A DNA stretch of 64,000 nucleotides from a bacterium (GCA_030602615.1 JAUVZM010000001.1:73720-137719), one strand, 5' to 3'. Numbered from the stretch's first letter, positions 39,849 through 50,293 are shown. Program-made: numbers and translations. The notes: generated from the sequence alone by a model not told the origin.

Positions 39849-40946
39849 TCAGTTCAACACATCCCGCAACGCCTCGATGAACTTGCGGTTCTGCTCCATT
39901 GTCCCTATCGTCACTCGTATGTACGTCGGGCGGCCGAAGATATCGCCGGTGCGGACGGTAACGCTCCGTCGCATCAGCTCATCAAAGCATTTCCGGGAAT
40001 CAATCCCCACATCCACAAAAATGAAATTGGCCTGCGTCGGAACATAGCTCAGGCCCATCTGCTCGAATTGCTCGTACAGGTACTGCTTGCCATCCTGAAC
40101 GAGTTGAAAGCTGCGCTGGACCTGATTGGGATCGGCCAGGCTGGCCAGCGCCGCCGCCTGGGCGATGCTGCTGATGTTAAACGGCTCGCGCACTTGCTTG
40201 AGCGCTGTGGCCACTTCCGGCGGCGCGATACCGTAGCCGATGCGCAGTCCGGCCAGGCCATACGCCTTCGAGAAGGTCCGCAGCACCACCGCCTTACGCC
40301 CCTTGCGGACATAGTCGAGGCAGTTAGGATAGTCTGGGTCGTCTACATATTCACAATAGGCTTCATCGAAACCCACGATGACGTAGTCGGGAATAGCGTC
40401 CATGAACTCGGCAACCTGCGGGGCGGTTACGATCGTTCCGGTCGGATTGTACGGATTGCTGATGAAGACCAGCTTGGTCTTGTCGGTGATTGCCGCCGCC
40501 ATTGCCTCCAGGTCGTGCGTGAAATCACGGCACGGTATCACCACCGGCTGCCCGTCCATGATCGCCGTTGTCATTGGGTAGAGTGCAAATGGTGGGTCAC
40601 AGTAGATGATCTCCTCGCCGGGATTGACGAAGGCCAGCCCCATCATATGGATAATCTCATCCGAGCCGCGCCCCACCAGGATCCCATCAGGATCAACATC
40701 CCACTTCTCAGCCAAGGCCGCGGTCAAATCTCGGCAGAGTGGATCGGGATAAAAATAGACCTCCGCTGCCGCCTGCTGCATGGCTGCGACGGCCTGTGGG
40801 CAGGGCCCCAGTGGATTCTCGTTGGAGGCCAGCTTGACAATTTCGGCCAGGCCCAACTCTTCTTTAACCTCGCGGGACGATTTCCCCGGCGAATAAGGAG
40901 TTATCTGCTTAATACTATCGCGAACCAGGTCAGATATATCAGACAA
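39849..40946 (-). CDS. hisC: Histidinol-phosphate / aromatic aminotransferase
   Basis: 365 aa. LASNENPLGP motif and a PLP-lysine region. Confidence 0.85.
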   Translation of the reverse strand: MSDISDLVRDSIKQITPYSPGKSSREVKEELGLAEIVKLASNENPLGPCPQAVAAMQQAAAEVYFYPDPLCRDLTAALAEKWDVDPDGILVGRGSDEIIHMMGLAFVNPGEEIIYCDPPFALYPMTTAIMDGQPVVIPCRDFTHDLEAMAAAITDKTKLVFISNPYNPTGTIVTAPQVAEFMDAIPDYVIVGFDEAYCEYVDDPDYPNCLDYVRKGRKAVVLRTFSKAYGLAGLRIGYGIAPPEVATALKQVREPFNISSIAQAAALASLADPNQVQRSFQLVQDGKQYLYEQFEQMGLSYVPTQANFIFVDVGIDSRKCFDELMRRSVTVRTGDIFGRPTYIRVTIGTMEQNRKFIEALRDVLN

Positions 40947-41055
40947 TAGCTTTTCCTCCTATCTGAGTTGCTCAGTAGCTATACTTTTAACACAAATCGC
41001 CGCTGCTGGCAACCGTTCGGAGGTGTTTGGAGTTGCGTCGCGGGCAGCACTTGAG

Positions 41056-42243
41056 TCAGTCTTCCGGCTGACTGTCGGTTGAATCCTCGTCCACCAGGCG
41101 GGCGCGCTGGACGCTGGTGGTCCCAAACCGCTCCCGAACGGCGTCCATCGCCCTGTCAACCTCTGACTCGCGGGAGTTGGCGGTGGCCAGCAACTGGGGC
41201 TGCTGGCCGGTGTCCAGATTGCTCACCGCTACACCCACCAGGCGGACCTTGCGCCGGGCCAGGTTGACTGCGTCCAGCAGACCGCCGACTGATCGGTATA
41301 TCTGCCGGTCGGAGTTGGTCGGCTCGGTCAAAGTGGTACTGCGGGTTATAGTATGAAAATCGGAAAAGCGCAGTTTGAGGGTCGCAGTTCTGCCTTTAAA
41401 CTGGCCAGAACGCAATCGGTGGCCGACCCGCTCCGACAGTTCCAGCAGCTTGCTACGCAGAAACTGTCTATCTCTGGTATCTTCGGCGAAAGTTTGTTCG
41501 TGGCTGACCGATTTGCGCTCCCGGTGGGTCTGGATGGGGCTATCGTCCTGGCCTCGGGCAAGCTCGGCCAGCCGCCGGCCGTGCTTGCCAAACTGGGCAA
41601 GCAGTTCATCAACATTGCACTGCTGGAGCTGACCAATGGTGGTGAATCCCAGCCGGTGCAGCTTGCCGGCAGTGGTCTCCCCCACTCCCCACAGCGCAGC
41701 AACTGGCAGCGGGGCGAGAAACTCACAGACCTGGTCGGGTTCGATCGCCAGCAGACCATCGGGCTTAGCCTGCTCGGAAGCAAGCTTGGCGACAAACTTG
41801 TTCGGGCCGATGCCTACCGACGCAGTCAACTGGAAATCGTGGCTGATGCGCTGGCGAATCTGCTGGCCGATATGCGTGGCGCTGCCATGCAGCCGTAAGG
41901 AGCCGGTCACGTCCAGGAAGGCTTCGTCTACTGACACTTGCTCGACTAGCGGCGTATACTCAGCCAGCAGCGCCATTATCTGCTCGGAGAAGCGGCGATA
42001 TTTGGTATGGTCAGGAGCCACGATGATCAGCTCCGGGCAGCGCTGCTGGGCCTCAGCGGTGGGCATGGCCGAGCGGATGCCATAGCGCCGGGCCTCATAG
42101 GAAGCCGCGGCGACCACCCCTCGGCTTTCCGCAGAGCCGCCCACTGCAACCGGCTTGCCCCGTAAGTTGGGGTTATCGCGCTGCTCGACAGCCGCAAAGA
42201 ACGCATCCATGTCCACGTGGAGTATAGTACGCTGGTTCGCCAT
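41056..42243 (-). CDS. dinB: DNA polymerase IV (Y-family)
   Basis: ILHVDMDAFFAAVE catalytic N-terminus. Confidence 0.9.
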   Translation of the reverse strand: MANQRTILHVDMDAFFAAVEQRDNPNLRGKPVAVGGSAESRGVVAAASYEARRYGIRSAMPTAEAQQRCPELIIVAPDHTKYRRFSEQIMALLAEYTPLVEQVSVDEAFLDVTGSLRLHGSATHIGQQIRQRISHDFQLTASVGIGPNKFVAKLASEQAKPDGLLAIEPDQVCEFLAPLPVAALWGVGETTAGKLHRLGFTTIGQLQQCNVDELLAQFGKHGRRLAELARGQDDSPIQTHRERKSVSHEQTFAEDTRDRQFLRSKLLELSERVGHRLRSGQFKGRTATLKLRFSDFHTITRSTTLTEPTNSDRQIYRSVGGLLDAVNLARRKVRLVGVAVSNLDTGQQPQLLATANSRESEVDRAMDAVRERFGTTSVQRARLVDEDSTDSQPED

Positions 42244-42431
42244 AGGGGTTGGTTATCCTCGGATAGCTGACATTGCCACGGCTTCGCCTGCAGCAAAGCT
42301 GCGCTGCTATGGCCTAAGAATTGCGGACGGGTATGGTTGCTGACCTGACAGGTGACGGTTCGCGCAATATCGGCTTTTTCCTCCAGCGGTTAATTCGTCG
42401 GTCTTGCGGGTATAGGTATACAGGCTGTCGG

Positions 42432-42460
42432 TTGATTTTCAGGCCCATATGTGGTAGAAT
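42432..42460 (+). promoter_or_regulatory. Sigma70-like promoter for ORF 42496
   Basis: TTGATT, 17 nt, TAGAAT. AAGGAGG RBS 9 nt before GTG 42496. Confidence 0.5.
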
Positions 42461-42495
42461 TAGGTATGCGCTGATAGAGCAAGGAGGTTTGTGTA

Positions 42496-43011
42496 GTGTC
42501 GGGCAGGCCACAGGACAACGGTCTAGAAAGAGTAAGAACCGGCGTAGAACATCTGATCAATTCTTGTACCATGGTTGAAGAACAGCGTATAGGGTATGGT
42601 AATCTGCGCTGCCAGTGTTCGGACTGGGATCGAGGGGGCCAGACGATTACCAACATAGCAGTCATCTATGAAACTCCCGGCGGCTCAACTTGCCAAGTCA
42701 ACGTGGAGTACGATCATCGAAGCGCTGAGTTCGGTTTCCTGGGAGATGGACTGGAAACAACTGTAGTAACTGATGAACCTCAGCAGGTCCTCGCGATGGT
42801 GGATAGCCATGTACGGGCGATTCCGCGAAGGCGACTACAACAACTTCAGCAGCAGATCGATTCGTGGGTAGCAGAGGGCAAAACGCGCAGCCAACTGTTT
42901 AGTGAATTCAACAAGCTGCTGCAAGCTGAATTTCTCGGCGGGCGCATCAGTACCAATGAACTGAAGAAGGGCATCCAGTATGCCATAGACCACTTTCCCT
43001 CGCCCGATTAA
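42496..43011 (+). CDS. Hypothetical protein (no recognisable domain)
   Basis: 171 aa, GTG start with strong RBS and promoter. Divergent from dinB. Confidence 0.45.
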   Translation: MSGRPQDNGLERVRTGVEHLINSCTMVEEQRIGYGNLRCQCSDWDRGGQTITNIAVIYETPGGSTCQVNVEYDHRSAEFGFLGDGLETTVVTDEPQQVLAMVDSHVRAIPRRRLQQLQQQIDSWVAEGKTRSQLFSEFNKLLQAEFLGGRISTNELKKGIQYAIDHFPSPD

Positions 43012-43321
43012 GATCCGCGCAGCCCTTGCTCTAATCCTGTAATCTCTCTATTGTGTATACCTATTGTGCCCCCTGCCGTGTTGTGCGTCTGTGGAGCATT
43101 AACTGTCCCTTTGTCCGCTCTGTCCTATCTGGCGAATGTATGTTCTATTGCCTGGTTGCCCGCCGAGGCATAGACACCGGGGCCTGATTAGAGAATGTGC
43201 TCTAGCCAGCAGGCTGCTTAGAAGCCTGTGCCATCCCAGTGTTATCGGACGTATGTTCTAACCCTTGTCGGCCCGATAGCCTCCTGGTGGCGTCTGCGGC
43301 AGGCTCCAGTACTCCCAATAC

Positions 43322-44431
43322 CTATAGGTTGGAAATGATGTCCTCAATCTCCCCTATCTCCGTCTGGTTGGTCAGGACTCCAATCTCCAGATTGTAGTTT
43401 CGCGACTGCTGCGGGCCGATCGTAATCATACGCCCACTTTCGCGTTCTCCAGGCCGGTCGCCGCCTTGGCCGGTGGCTGGCTCGATACCTGTTACGTACG
43501 CCTGCGCCCCGGGCATCTTCCACTGCAGCAACCACGGCATCTGCTCGAGATTGAACTTGAAGTATAGGCCCAGTCCCTGGGCTGCATTGAACTTACGGTT
43601 CACGAAGGCAACATAGGTGGTCCCGTCTGGGTTCCCCCGCAGGCGGTGATAGTAACATAGCTCCTCCTGGTGGGGATTGGGAGCCGCGAACTTGTCCCAC
43701 TGCTCAGCACATTCGTCAGCCAACTCTGTGACAGGGATCGCTTGCTCGGAGGCGAATAGGTATTCGCTGTGCTCATCGGCTACCGGGAAGCCGATGTTGC
43801 AGTGATACATCAACATATGCTCCTGCTCGCGGGATCCCTCGTTGGTAACTTCATCATCGATCCAGATTCGATTCTCGCCCAGGCGGGTCCAGACTTTGCG
43901 CTCCAGAAGCAAATTGGGCCCAAATATCATCGTCTCCCGCATTTTGCCCTGCGCCCACATCGTGTATTCATCCCCCTCCCACGCACCGTCTACATAGAGA
44001 TTCTCGGCTGGGATGTGGGTAATTCTGCCGTGCAGGCCCAGGCCACTATGTGCCTCTACCCCACCAGCGGGATCCTCGTGCGGTGCGCCAAGCCAAGTCA
44101 TACCACAAGTCACTAACAAACCCCCAAAGAAGCTGCGTAGCCACCCCAGTCCCTCCGGCTCAAAGTAAGCCGGATGAACAACTCCGCACGGTGCCTCCCA
44201 GCATAGCGAAGCACCGCAATACGCGGCTGAACAGATATCCAGGGCGCGGTCGGCGAGGGCAGTGAAGCGCAGACCGGTTCCCGTGCAGAATTCGACGGCG
44301 CGGGTGGCGCGGGCCTTCCCGTCGGCCAGGGTAATCTGGCGGACGCCACCAAGTTGATCGACCCTCCCCACCTTCTGCAACAACTCATCACGCGAGTACT
44401 GCCGGCCAAAAAGCTTGGGCATTCTCAACAC
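43322..44431 (-). CDS. Aldose-1-epimerase-like (DUF4432-type mutarotase fold) protein
   Basis: 369 aa, beta-rich, with a GLHGRITHIPAENL..E..H pattern reminiscent of galactose-mutarotase-like proteins. Confidence 0.4.
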   Translation of the reverse strand: MLRMPKLFGRQYSRDELLQKVGRVDQLGGVRQITLADGKARATRAVEFCTGTGLRFTALADRALDICSAAYCGASLCWEAPCGVVHPAYFEPEGLGWLRSFFGGLLVTCGMTWLGAPHEDPAGGVEAHSGLGLHGRITHIPAENLYVDGAWEGDEYTMWAQGKMRETMIFGPNLLLERKVWTRLGENRIWIDDEVTNEGSREQEHMLMYHCNIGFPVADEHSEYLFASEQAIPVTELADECAEQWDKFAAPNPHQEELCYYHRLRGNPDGTTYVAFVNRKFNAAQGLGLYFKFNLEQMPWLLQWKMPGAQAYVTGIEPATGQGGDRPGERESGRMITIGPQQSRNYNLEIGVLTNQTEIGEIEDIISNL

Positions 44432-44791
44432 CTCCGTTGTTGTTAGTACTCTTATTTGTGCCCGGTTGATATCCGGGCGGGAGCAGTTTATTATACATTC
44501 TCCACTCTTGGCCCTTTCCCTTCTGTTTGTTAGAACAGCCGGGCATCTTTCAGACTATGGCCTACACCAGGGGTCATATTGCTAGCCGCGAGCGACTTGA
44601 GGAGCATTGTATAGCAATGGGGCTATTCCTTGTAATTTCTTGTACTTTCCTCCATTTTTTCATAATCAGAGCTGCGGCCTTGCATTTAGCGGCAGTTTGT
44701 GCTATACTATTCATTAGTGCTGTCAGATGTTTCATGTGAAACCTACTTGTGCTAACATATAGCTGTTGATCAGAGCCCGGAGCTGTTTCAC

Positions 44792-45439
44792 GTGAAACCA
44801 CTGCCCATATCGGGTTACCAACAATTTGCTGACTATGCCCAGGCCCAGGGTTGGTCACTATCCGACGACCAGCAGCAACGTATTGCTGACTTAGCTCAAT
44901 GGCTGACAGAAAGGGCACCACCCCTGGGACTGTCCAAGTATGCCGATCTACCCAGCGTTCTCTCGTACGCCATGGCGCCAGCATTGGTGATATCCGACCT
45001 TATCGAACCGAGTGAGGTCAGGCGAGTTGTTGATTTGGGAGCAGGCTCGGGAGCTTTGGGCTTGACCCTGAGTATCATCCAGTCCGGCTGGGAAGTAACC
45101 TTGATGGATCGCAGCAGCAATACAGCCACCTTTCTGGAGTGGACTGTTCAGTGGTTAGGGGTAGAGAATGTCACGGTCCGGCACGAGGACGCCGCCGCGG
45201 CGGCCACGGGTGGCGTTGCCCGGTACGATTTGGTCTGCTTGCGGGCGGTGGCTTCGGCCCAGCAGGCGTTGCAACTGGCTGGGCCATTGGCTGGACCTGG
45301 TGGATATGTAGTGGCCTGGCACCAGGCCGAGGATGAAGGCTTCTGCTCTCCCCAATCCCCATTGCCCTACACGGCCACCACCCCGACAGTTGTACCGGGT
45401 CTGGTGGCATCACTGTATAGGCCTCAAATAATGAGTTGA
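44792..45439 (+). CDS. rsmG: 16S rRNA (guanine527-N7)-methyltransferase
   Basis: SAM motif VVDLGAGSGALGL. Located upstream of parAB, as in many genomes. Confidence 0.85.
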   Translation: MKPLPISGYQQFADYAQAQGWSLSDDQQQRIADLAQWLTERAPPLGLSKYADLPSVLSYAMAPALVISDLIEPSEVRRVVDLGAGSGALGLTLSIIQSGWEVTLMDRSSNTATFLEWTVQWLGVENVTVRHEDAAAAATGGVARYDLVCLRAVASAQQALQLAGPLAGPGGYVVAWHQAEDEGFCSPQSPLPYTATTPTVVPGLVASLYRPQIMS

Positions 45440-45489
45440 GAATGGTTTGCCCGCCAGCCGCTGGCCAAGACGCTGCCGGAGGTGCGCTA

Positions 45490-46266
45490 ATGGCTTTGTC
45501 CTATGCAGTGGTTAATCAGAAGGGCGGTGTCGGCAAGACGACCACCGCGGTCAATCTCGCTGCCTGTGCGGCTCTGGACGGCCATAAAGTGCTGCTGGTA
45601 GACGCCGACCCGCAGGGCAACGCCACCAGTGGCTGCGGTATCGATCGCTCGATACTGGACGAATGCATCTATGATCTCCTCACCGCCACTGCGGAGGATC
45701 CCGCGCAATTGTTTCCGGAGGTAGTGACGCCCACATCGGTTGATAACCTTTCGGTGGTACCGGCTACTATTAATCTGGCAGGGGCTTCTATAGCCCTGGC
45801 CACTGCCATTGCCCGGGAGACGAGACTACGGCGGGCCTTAGAAAATGCTTACGAGCGCTACGATCTCATCATTGTTGATACAGCTCCCTCGCTGGGGCTG
45901 CTGACGATGAATAGCCTTACTGCTGTCCAGCAGATACTTATCCCTATTCAGTGCGAATACTATGCGCTGGAGGGGCTAACCCAGTTGTTGGAGGTCATTC
46001 AGCTCGTCCAGAGCCAACTCAACCCCAGCTTGCGCCTCAGCGGTGTGGTGCTGACGATGTATGATGCGCGCACCAACCTGGCCGCTGAGGTTGAGCAGGA
46101 GGTCCGCTCGAACTTCCCGGGGCGAGTCTACGGGACAGTTATTCCCCGCAACGTGCAGTTGGCGGAGGCGCCCTCCTATGGGCTCCCCGCTGTGCTTTAC
46201 GATAAATACTGTGCCGGCAGTCGAGCATATTGGCGACTTTACGAGGAGGTATTCCCCCATGAGTAG
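45490..46266 (+). CDS. parA: Chromosome partitioning ATPase ParA / Soj
   Basis: Deviant Walker A NQKGGVGKTTT. Start at ATG 45490. Confidence 0.9.
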   Translation: MALSYAVVNQKGGVGKTTTAVNLAACAALDGHKVLLVDADPQGNATSGCGIDRSILDECIYDLLTATAEDPAQLFPEVVTPTSVDNLSVVPATINLAGASIALATAIARETRLRRALENAYERYDLIIVDTAPSLGLLTMNSLTAVQQILIPIQCEYYALEGLTQLLEVIQLVQSQLNPSLRLSGVVLTMYDARTNLAAEVEQEVRSNFPGRVYGTVIPRNVQLAEAPSYGLPAVLYDKYCAGSRAYWRLYEEVFPHE

Positions 46267-47140
46267 ATCCCGCCTTGGACGCGGTCTCAGTCAGCTTATT
46301 TCCAGCAATGCCCTGTCGCAAAGCCGTGCAGTGATAGAGGTAACCCCGGATCGGCTTCAGCCCAATCCCTTCCAGCCTCGGCGCGGCTATGATGTTGCGA
46401 CACTTGATGAACTAGCCGAATCAATTCGCCAGCAGGGGATACTCCAGCCGCTATTGGTGCGACCTGCCGGCGACAACTACCAGATCGTCCTTGGTGAGCG
46501 CCGCTGGCGAGCTGCCCAGCAGGCCGGTCTGGAGACTGTCCCATGCATTGTTCAGGAAGTGGAGGACCGGCAGGCTCTGGAGATGGCATTGATCGAGAAT
46601 CTTCATCGCGAAGACCTCAATGCTGTGGAAAGAGCGCGCGCCTATCAGCAGCTAATTGATGACTTCGATTTCACTCACGAAGAGCTGGCTCAGCATATCG
46701 GCAAGAGTCGTTCCGCCATCACTAACACACTCCGACTGCTGCAACTGCCTGAAGAGGTGCTGGCCAGCCTGGCGGAGGGCAATATCAGCGAGGGCCACGG
46801 CCGTGCATTGCTCAGCCTGGAAGACGCCCCGGATTCGCTTCGAGATGTGTGGCGAACTGTCGAGAACGAAGAACTGTCCGTTCGTGCCACCGAGGAACTG
46901 GTGCGGGAGGTGTTGGGACGGGATGAGCCGCCTGCGCAGGCCCGCCGGTCACCCCGGGTCGCGCCACCGCCACCAGATCCTCACCTGATGGCGCTTAGTG
47001 AGCATCTGCAGGAGACCCTAGCCACTGAAGTCAGGCTGCAGCCCAGGAAAGGCGGCGGGGGAACGATCCTTATTCGGTTCAGCGACTCCGAGGAGCTCCA
47101 ACGAATCGTAGAGCACATTGCCCCGGGGGACTATCTTTAA
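46259..47140 (+). CDS. parB: Chromosome partitioning protein ParB / Spo0J
   Basis: N-terminal MSRSRLGRGLSQLI, ParB box GERRWRAA, HTH. Overlaps the parA stop by 8 nt. Confidence 0.9.
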   Translation: MSRSRLGRGLSQLISSNALSQSRAVIEVTPDRLQPNPFQPRRGYDVATLDELAESIRQQGILQPLLVRPAGDNYQIVLGERRWRAAQQAGLETVPCIVQEVEDRQALEMALIENLHREDLNAVERARAYQQLIDDFDFTHEELAQHIGKSRSAITNTLRLLQLPEEVLASLAEGNISEGHGRALLSLEDAPDSLRDVWRTVENEELSVRATEELVREVLGRDEPPAQARRSPRVAPPPPDPHLMALSEHLQETLATEVRLQPRKGGGGTILIRFSDSEELQRIVEHIAPGDYL

Positions 47141-47670
47141 GCTGGCCACCCTCTGAAGGACCCTGGCAAATAACTATTGGCGGCTAGTAATAATCAGCCG
47201 CCCAATGGGCGAGACCGTAGTGCTGCGCGCGGGCTGTGCTTCTGGTCTGTGCAAGAGTCTACATCCAACGGTTTGCGGCGGCAGGGACATTTCGCCGTCG
47301 TGTCGAACATATGTTCTATTCATCCTGGCTTCACAGGTTGCCCAAGTCAACATACCTGGGTAGTTATGCTGCAGACGACTACGCAAGATGCTCGGCGGGT
47401 AAACTCTCGCGTACGACAGAAGAACCCCACTATTCCGTTGTGTTCTCGTAGGGAGGAGAGCTCTGGGGGGTTGCGGACTAGTGAGGGCTGACAGCCTGGC
47501 TGAGTCGTCACGGAGTTGTTTTGATTAGCGGTTGTTTGGTATGGAAGAACGTAAGCACTTGCGCCAACCTGGTACTGCTTCGGGGTGTTGACGAAGCGAG
47601 CACGGAGTGGGGGAGAACATCATGGGTAGAAGCCAGGACGGGCTGCCCAGGCACCGAACAGCCTGACAGG

Positions 47671-47740
47671 TTGACAGGTACTGGCTAATATGCTACGATA
47701 GATACGCCTCCCACGCGGGAGGCTATCTTATTCAGGAGGT
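47671..47740 (+). promoter_or_regulatory. Promoter (TTGACA, 17 nt, TACGAT) plus a stable leader hairpin and RBS upstream of the S5-like gene
   Basis: Hairpin AGATACGCCTCCC-acgc-GGGAGGCTATCT at 47700..47730 lies immediately 5' of the AGGAGG RBS. Confidence 0.4.
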
Positions 47741-47749
47741 TGGATTGTA

Positions 47750-48556
47750 TTGGCCACAGTATCAGAGCGTGAGAAGTTGGAAGCAGAAGAGCTAGAGGAT
47801 CGAGTAATCCGGATTGACCGCACTCGCAAGACCGTAGCGGGCGGGCGGTTATCGAGTGCCCGCGTTGTAGTTGCTGTTGGCGATAATCGGGGGCACATCG
47901 GTCTGGGGATAGGCAAGGCCCGTAATGTTCCGGAGGCGATTTCTAAGGGAATTCGTAGAGCGAAGAAGAACATGATTGACATCCCACTGGATGGATACAC
48001 CATTCCTCATGTAACCCAGGCCAAAGTTGGCGGTGCCGTCATTCTGCTCAGGCCGGCCTCACGGGGTACCGGTATCGTCGCTGGTGGTGCAGTCCGGCAA
48101 CTGATCGAGATCAGCGGTATCCGCGACATACTGACCAAGTCGCTGGGCAGCGGCAATGTGATGAACCGCGCCAAGGCCTGTTTTAAGGCGCTGTCGGAGT
48201 TGCGAAATCCCCACGAAGTTGCCGAACGGCGGGGCATAGCCGTCGAGGAGATGATGGACCGCGAGATTGTCAATCCGTATGATGAAGAGGAAGTTGAGGA
48301 AAAGGAGGAAGCGGCCGAGGCTATAGAGGGCGGACAGGAAGCACCTGCGGAGACAGTCGCGGCTGCTGCCGATGCCCAACCCGAACCGGAGGCCGAAGAG
48401 GCAGAAGAAGTCGGGGCGGCTGAAGCTGAAGAAGAGGTGCTCGCCGAGGGTGGCGAAGAGGCAGAAACTGAGGTCGTGGCCGCGGCCATCGAGGCTTCCA
48501 GCGAACAGGCAGAGCAAGACGCTGAACAGCAACAAGCTGGCGACGAGCAAGAATAG
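47750..48556 (+). CDS. rpsE: Ribosomal protein S5 homologue with long acidic C-terminal extension
   Basis: TTG start. Residues 1-165 align with bacterial S5 (KTVAGGR, VVVAVGD..G.IG.G.GKA, PASRGTGIVAGG). The last ~100 aa are Glu/Ala-rich low complexity. Confidence 0.8.
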   Translation: MATVSEREKLEAEELEDRVIRIDRTRKTVAGGRLSSARVVVAVGDNRGHIGLGIGKARNVPEAISKGIRRAKKNMIDIPLDGYTIPHVTQAKVGGAVILLRPASRGTGIVAGGAVRQLIEISGIRDILTKSLGSGNVMNRAKACFKALSELRNPHEVAERRGIAVEEMMDREIVNPYDEEEVEEKEEAAEAIEGGQEAPAETVAAAADAQPEPEAEEAEEVGAAEAEEEVLAEGGEEAETEVVAAAIEASSEQAEQDAEQQQAGDEQE

Positions 48557-48610
48557 GCTGGCTGGGTCCCGGGCGGTCTGGAGTTGGAGATTGTAGCAAC
48601 TGGAGTGTTG

Positions 48611-48669
48611 AGCCGGCTTGTCACTTGGCAAGCCGGCTTTTGGTAAGCCCGCCTCCTTTTCGGCGGGCT
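48611..48669 (+). terminator. Tandem terminator hairpins after the S5-like gene
   Basis: AGCCGGCTTG-tcacttgg-CAAGCCGGCT followed by TTTTGG, then AGCCCGCC-tccttttc-GGCGGGCT. Confidence 0.65.
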
Positions 48670-49237
48670 ACCTCCCAATCATCCCCCCATTGTCTCCGCC
48701 TCGCCGGCTAGTACGGAGGCCGTCGTTGCTTCTGGCTTACCTAGTGGGTGTCGGATGGTGAGGTATTCCCCTGTGGCAAAGTGGTCTTTGCTGGAGACCG
48801 GCCACATGCGCTGCGCAGTCAGTGTTGATAAGTCAGGGAGTTGCACCTGCCTGTGGAAAGATGAGAAGGTGAGCAGGGGGGCGTGCTGGGCAAAGGAAAC
48901 AGCGAGACGCCCAGTGGGTGTGGCATGTGAAGGAGGGAGGGTGGAACCTTCTCATGACCTGGCTATCCCGCAGGTGCGGGTGATTGGGCGCCTCGCTTGT
49001 TTTGTGCAATAGTATAGACGTTTCCCGCTATGAAAAGGTTCCCTTGCCCTTGATTACTTCGGCTTTTTCAGGGAATTCTGAAGGCTCCGCTGAGCTTGCT
49101 ATTGGCCAATAATAGGCCATCTTTCCACATTTACAGGCGAAATGCACCTGTTATCAACTGACTTTTCCACAATTCTACGTCACTGCCAAGGACTCATCTG
49201 GAGCCCGTCGTTAGTTGTCCAGTTGAAGATGTCCTGC

Positions 49238-50293
49238 CTAAAGTTGGTCATAGGGTAACAGCGGCAGGCTGGAGAATACGTCCATATCCAGCTCAGAAGG
49301 GCCCTGGCGCTGAGCTTGGAAGTATCCGGCCGCGGCGACCATTGCAGCGTTGTCGGTGCATAGATCGAGCGGCGGAAAGGCCACGGGAATTCCCTGAGAT
49401 TGACCGACCTCGAATAGCCTCCGTCGCAGAAGCTGATTGGCGGCGACGCCCCCAGCCATTATCAGTTGCTCGGCCTTGTGCTCCCGCGCGGCGGCAGGTA
49501 GGTTGTGGATGAGCGTCTCCACCACGGCCTGCTGAAAGCTGGCAGCCAGATCCGCAACTTGCTGGGCAGCTTGTGGGGGAGTTTCGCGCACCTGGCGGGC
49601 CAGCGCCGTCTTGAGACCGGCGAAACTGAAGTCATAGCTGTCCTCAATACGAGGCCGCGGCAGGTCCACGGCGTTGGGATCGCCCTGGGCGGCGGCCTGC
49701 TCAATAGCTGGTCCGCCCGGATAGCCTAGCTCCAGCAGGCGGGCGGCCTTGTCGAGAGCTTCTCCGGCGGCGTCATCGCGAGTTTCGCCCAGCGATTGGC
49801 AGTCACCGAACTGTTGCATCAAGATGAGACTGGTATGCCCGCCCGACGCCAGCAGACACACGGTAGGGAAGAGCTGCTGTGCTGGCGGGTGTTGGCCGGG
49901 CGGCGCGATGAAGTTGGACATAACGTGAGCCTTCAGATGATTGACGCCCACCAGAGGGATGCCGCTGGCGGCGGCGTAACCCTTGGCGGCGCTGACTCCG
50001 ACAAGCAGCGAGCCGATCAGGCCGGGGCCCTGGGTGGCGGCCACCAGATCAATTTCAGCCAGTGACACCTGAGCCTGGTGCAGGGCTTTGTGTGTGATCA
50101 GGGTAATGACCTCGGTGTGACGGCGGGAGGCAATCTCCGGCACTACTCCGCCAAAGACAGCGTGGAGATCATCCTGGGTCGCGACGACATTCGAGAGAAT
50201 CTGTCGCCCGCCACGCACCACTGCTGCGCTGGTCTCGTCGCAGGAGGTTTCAATGCCCAGAACCAGAGCGTCAGAGTTGCCCTGCCATCTCAT
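49238..50293 (-). CDS. tsaD: tRNA N6-adenosine threonylcarbamoyltransferase
   Basis: LVLGIETSCDETS N-terminus and the Kae1/TsaD metal-binding H..H region. Confidence 0.9.
   Translation of the reverse strand: MRWQGNSDALVLGIETSCDETSAAVVRGGRQILSNVVATQDDLHAVFGGVVPEIASRRHTEVITLITHKALHQAQVSLAEIDLVAATQGPGLIGSLLVGVSAAKGYAAASGIPLVGVNHLKAHVMSNFIAPPGQHPPAQQLFPTVCLLASGGHTSLILMQQFGDCQSLGETRDDAAGEALDKAARLLELGYPGGPAIEQAAAQGDPNAVDLPRPRIEDSYDFSFAGLKTALARQVRETPPQAAQQVADLAASFQQAVVETLIHNLPAAAREHKAEQLIMAGGVAANQLLRRRLFEVGQSQGIPVAFPPLDLCTDNAAMVAAAGYFQAQRQGPSELDMDVFSSLPLLPYDQL

Noticed and set aside
48007-48678. Two minus-strand ORFs of 190-223 aa overlapping the S5 acidic tail
   Set aside because: Low-complexity S/A/P-rich translations generated by the GAG/GCC-rich repeat on the opposite strand. 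They lack start context.
48700-49020. Non-coding-looking stretch after the S5 terminators, considered as RNase P, tmRNA or SRP RNA
   Set aside because: No match to conserved RNase P P4 (AGGAAAGUCCGG), the tmRNA tag or T-arm, or the SRP domain IV motif. Probably plain intergenic sequence.
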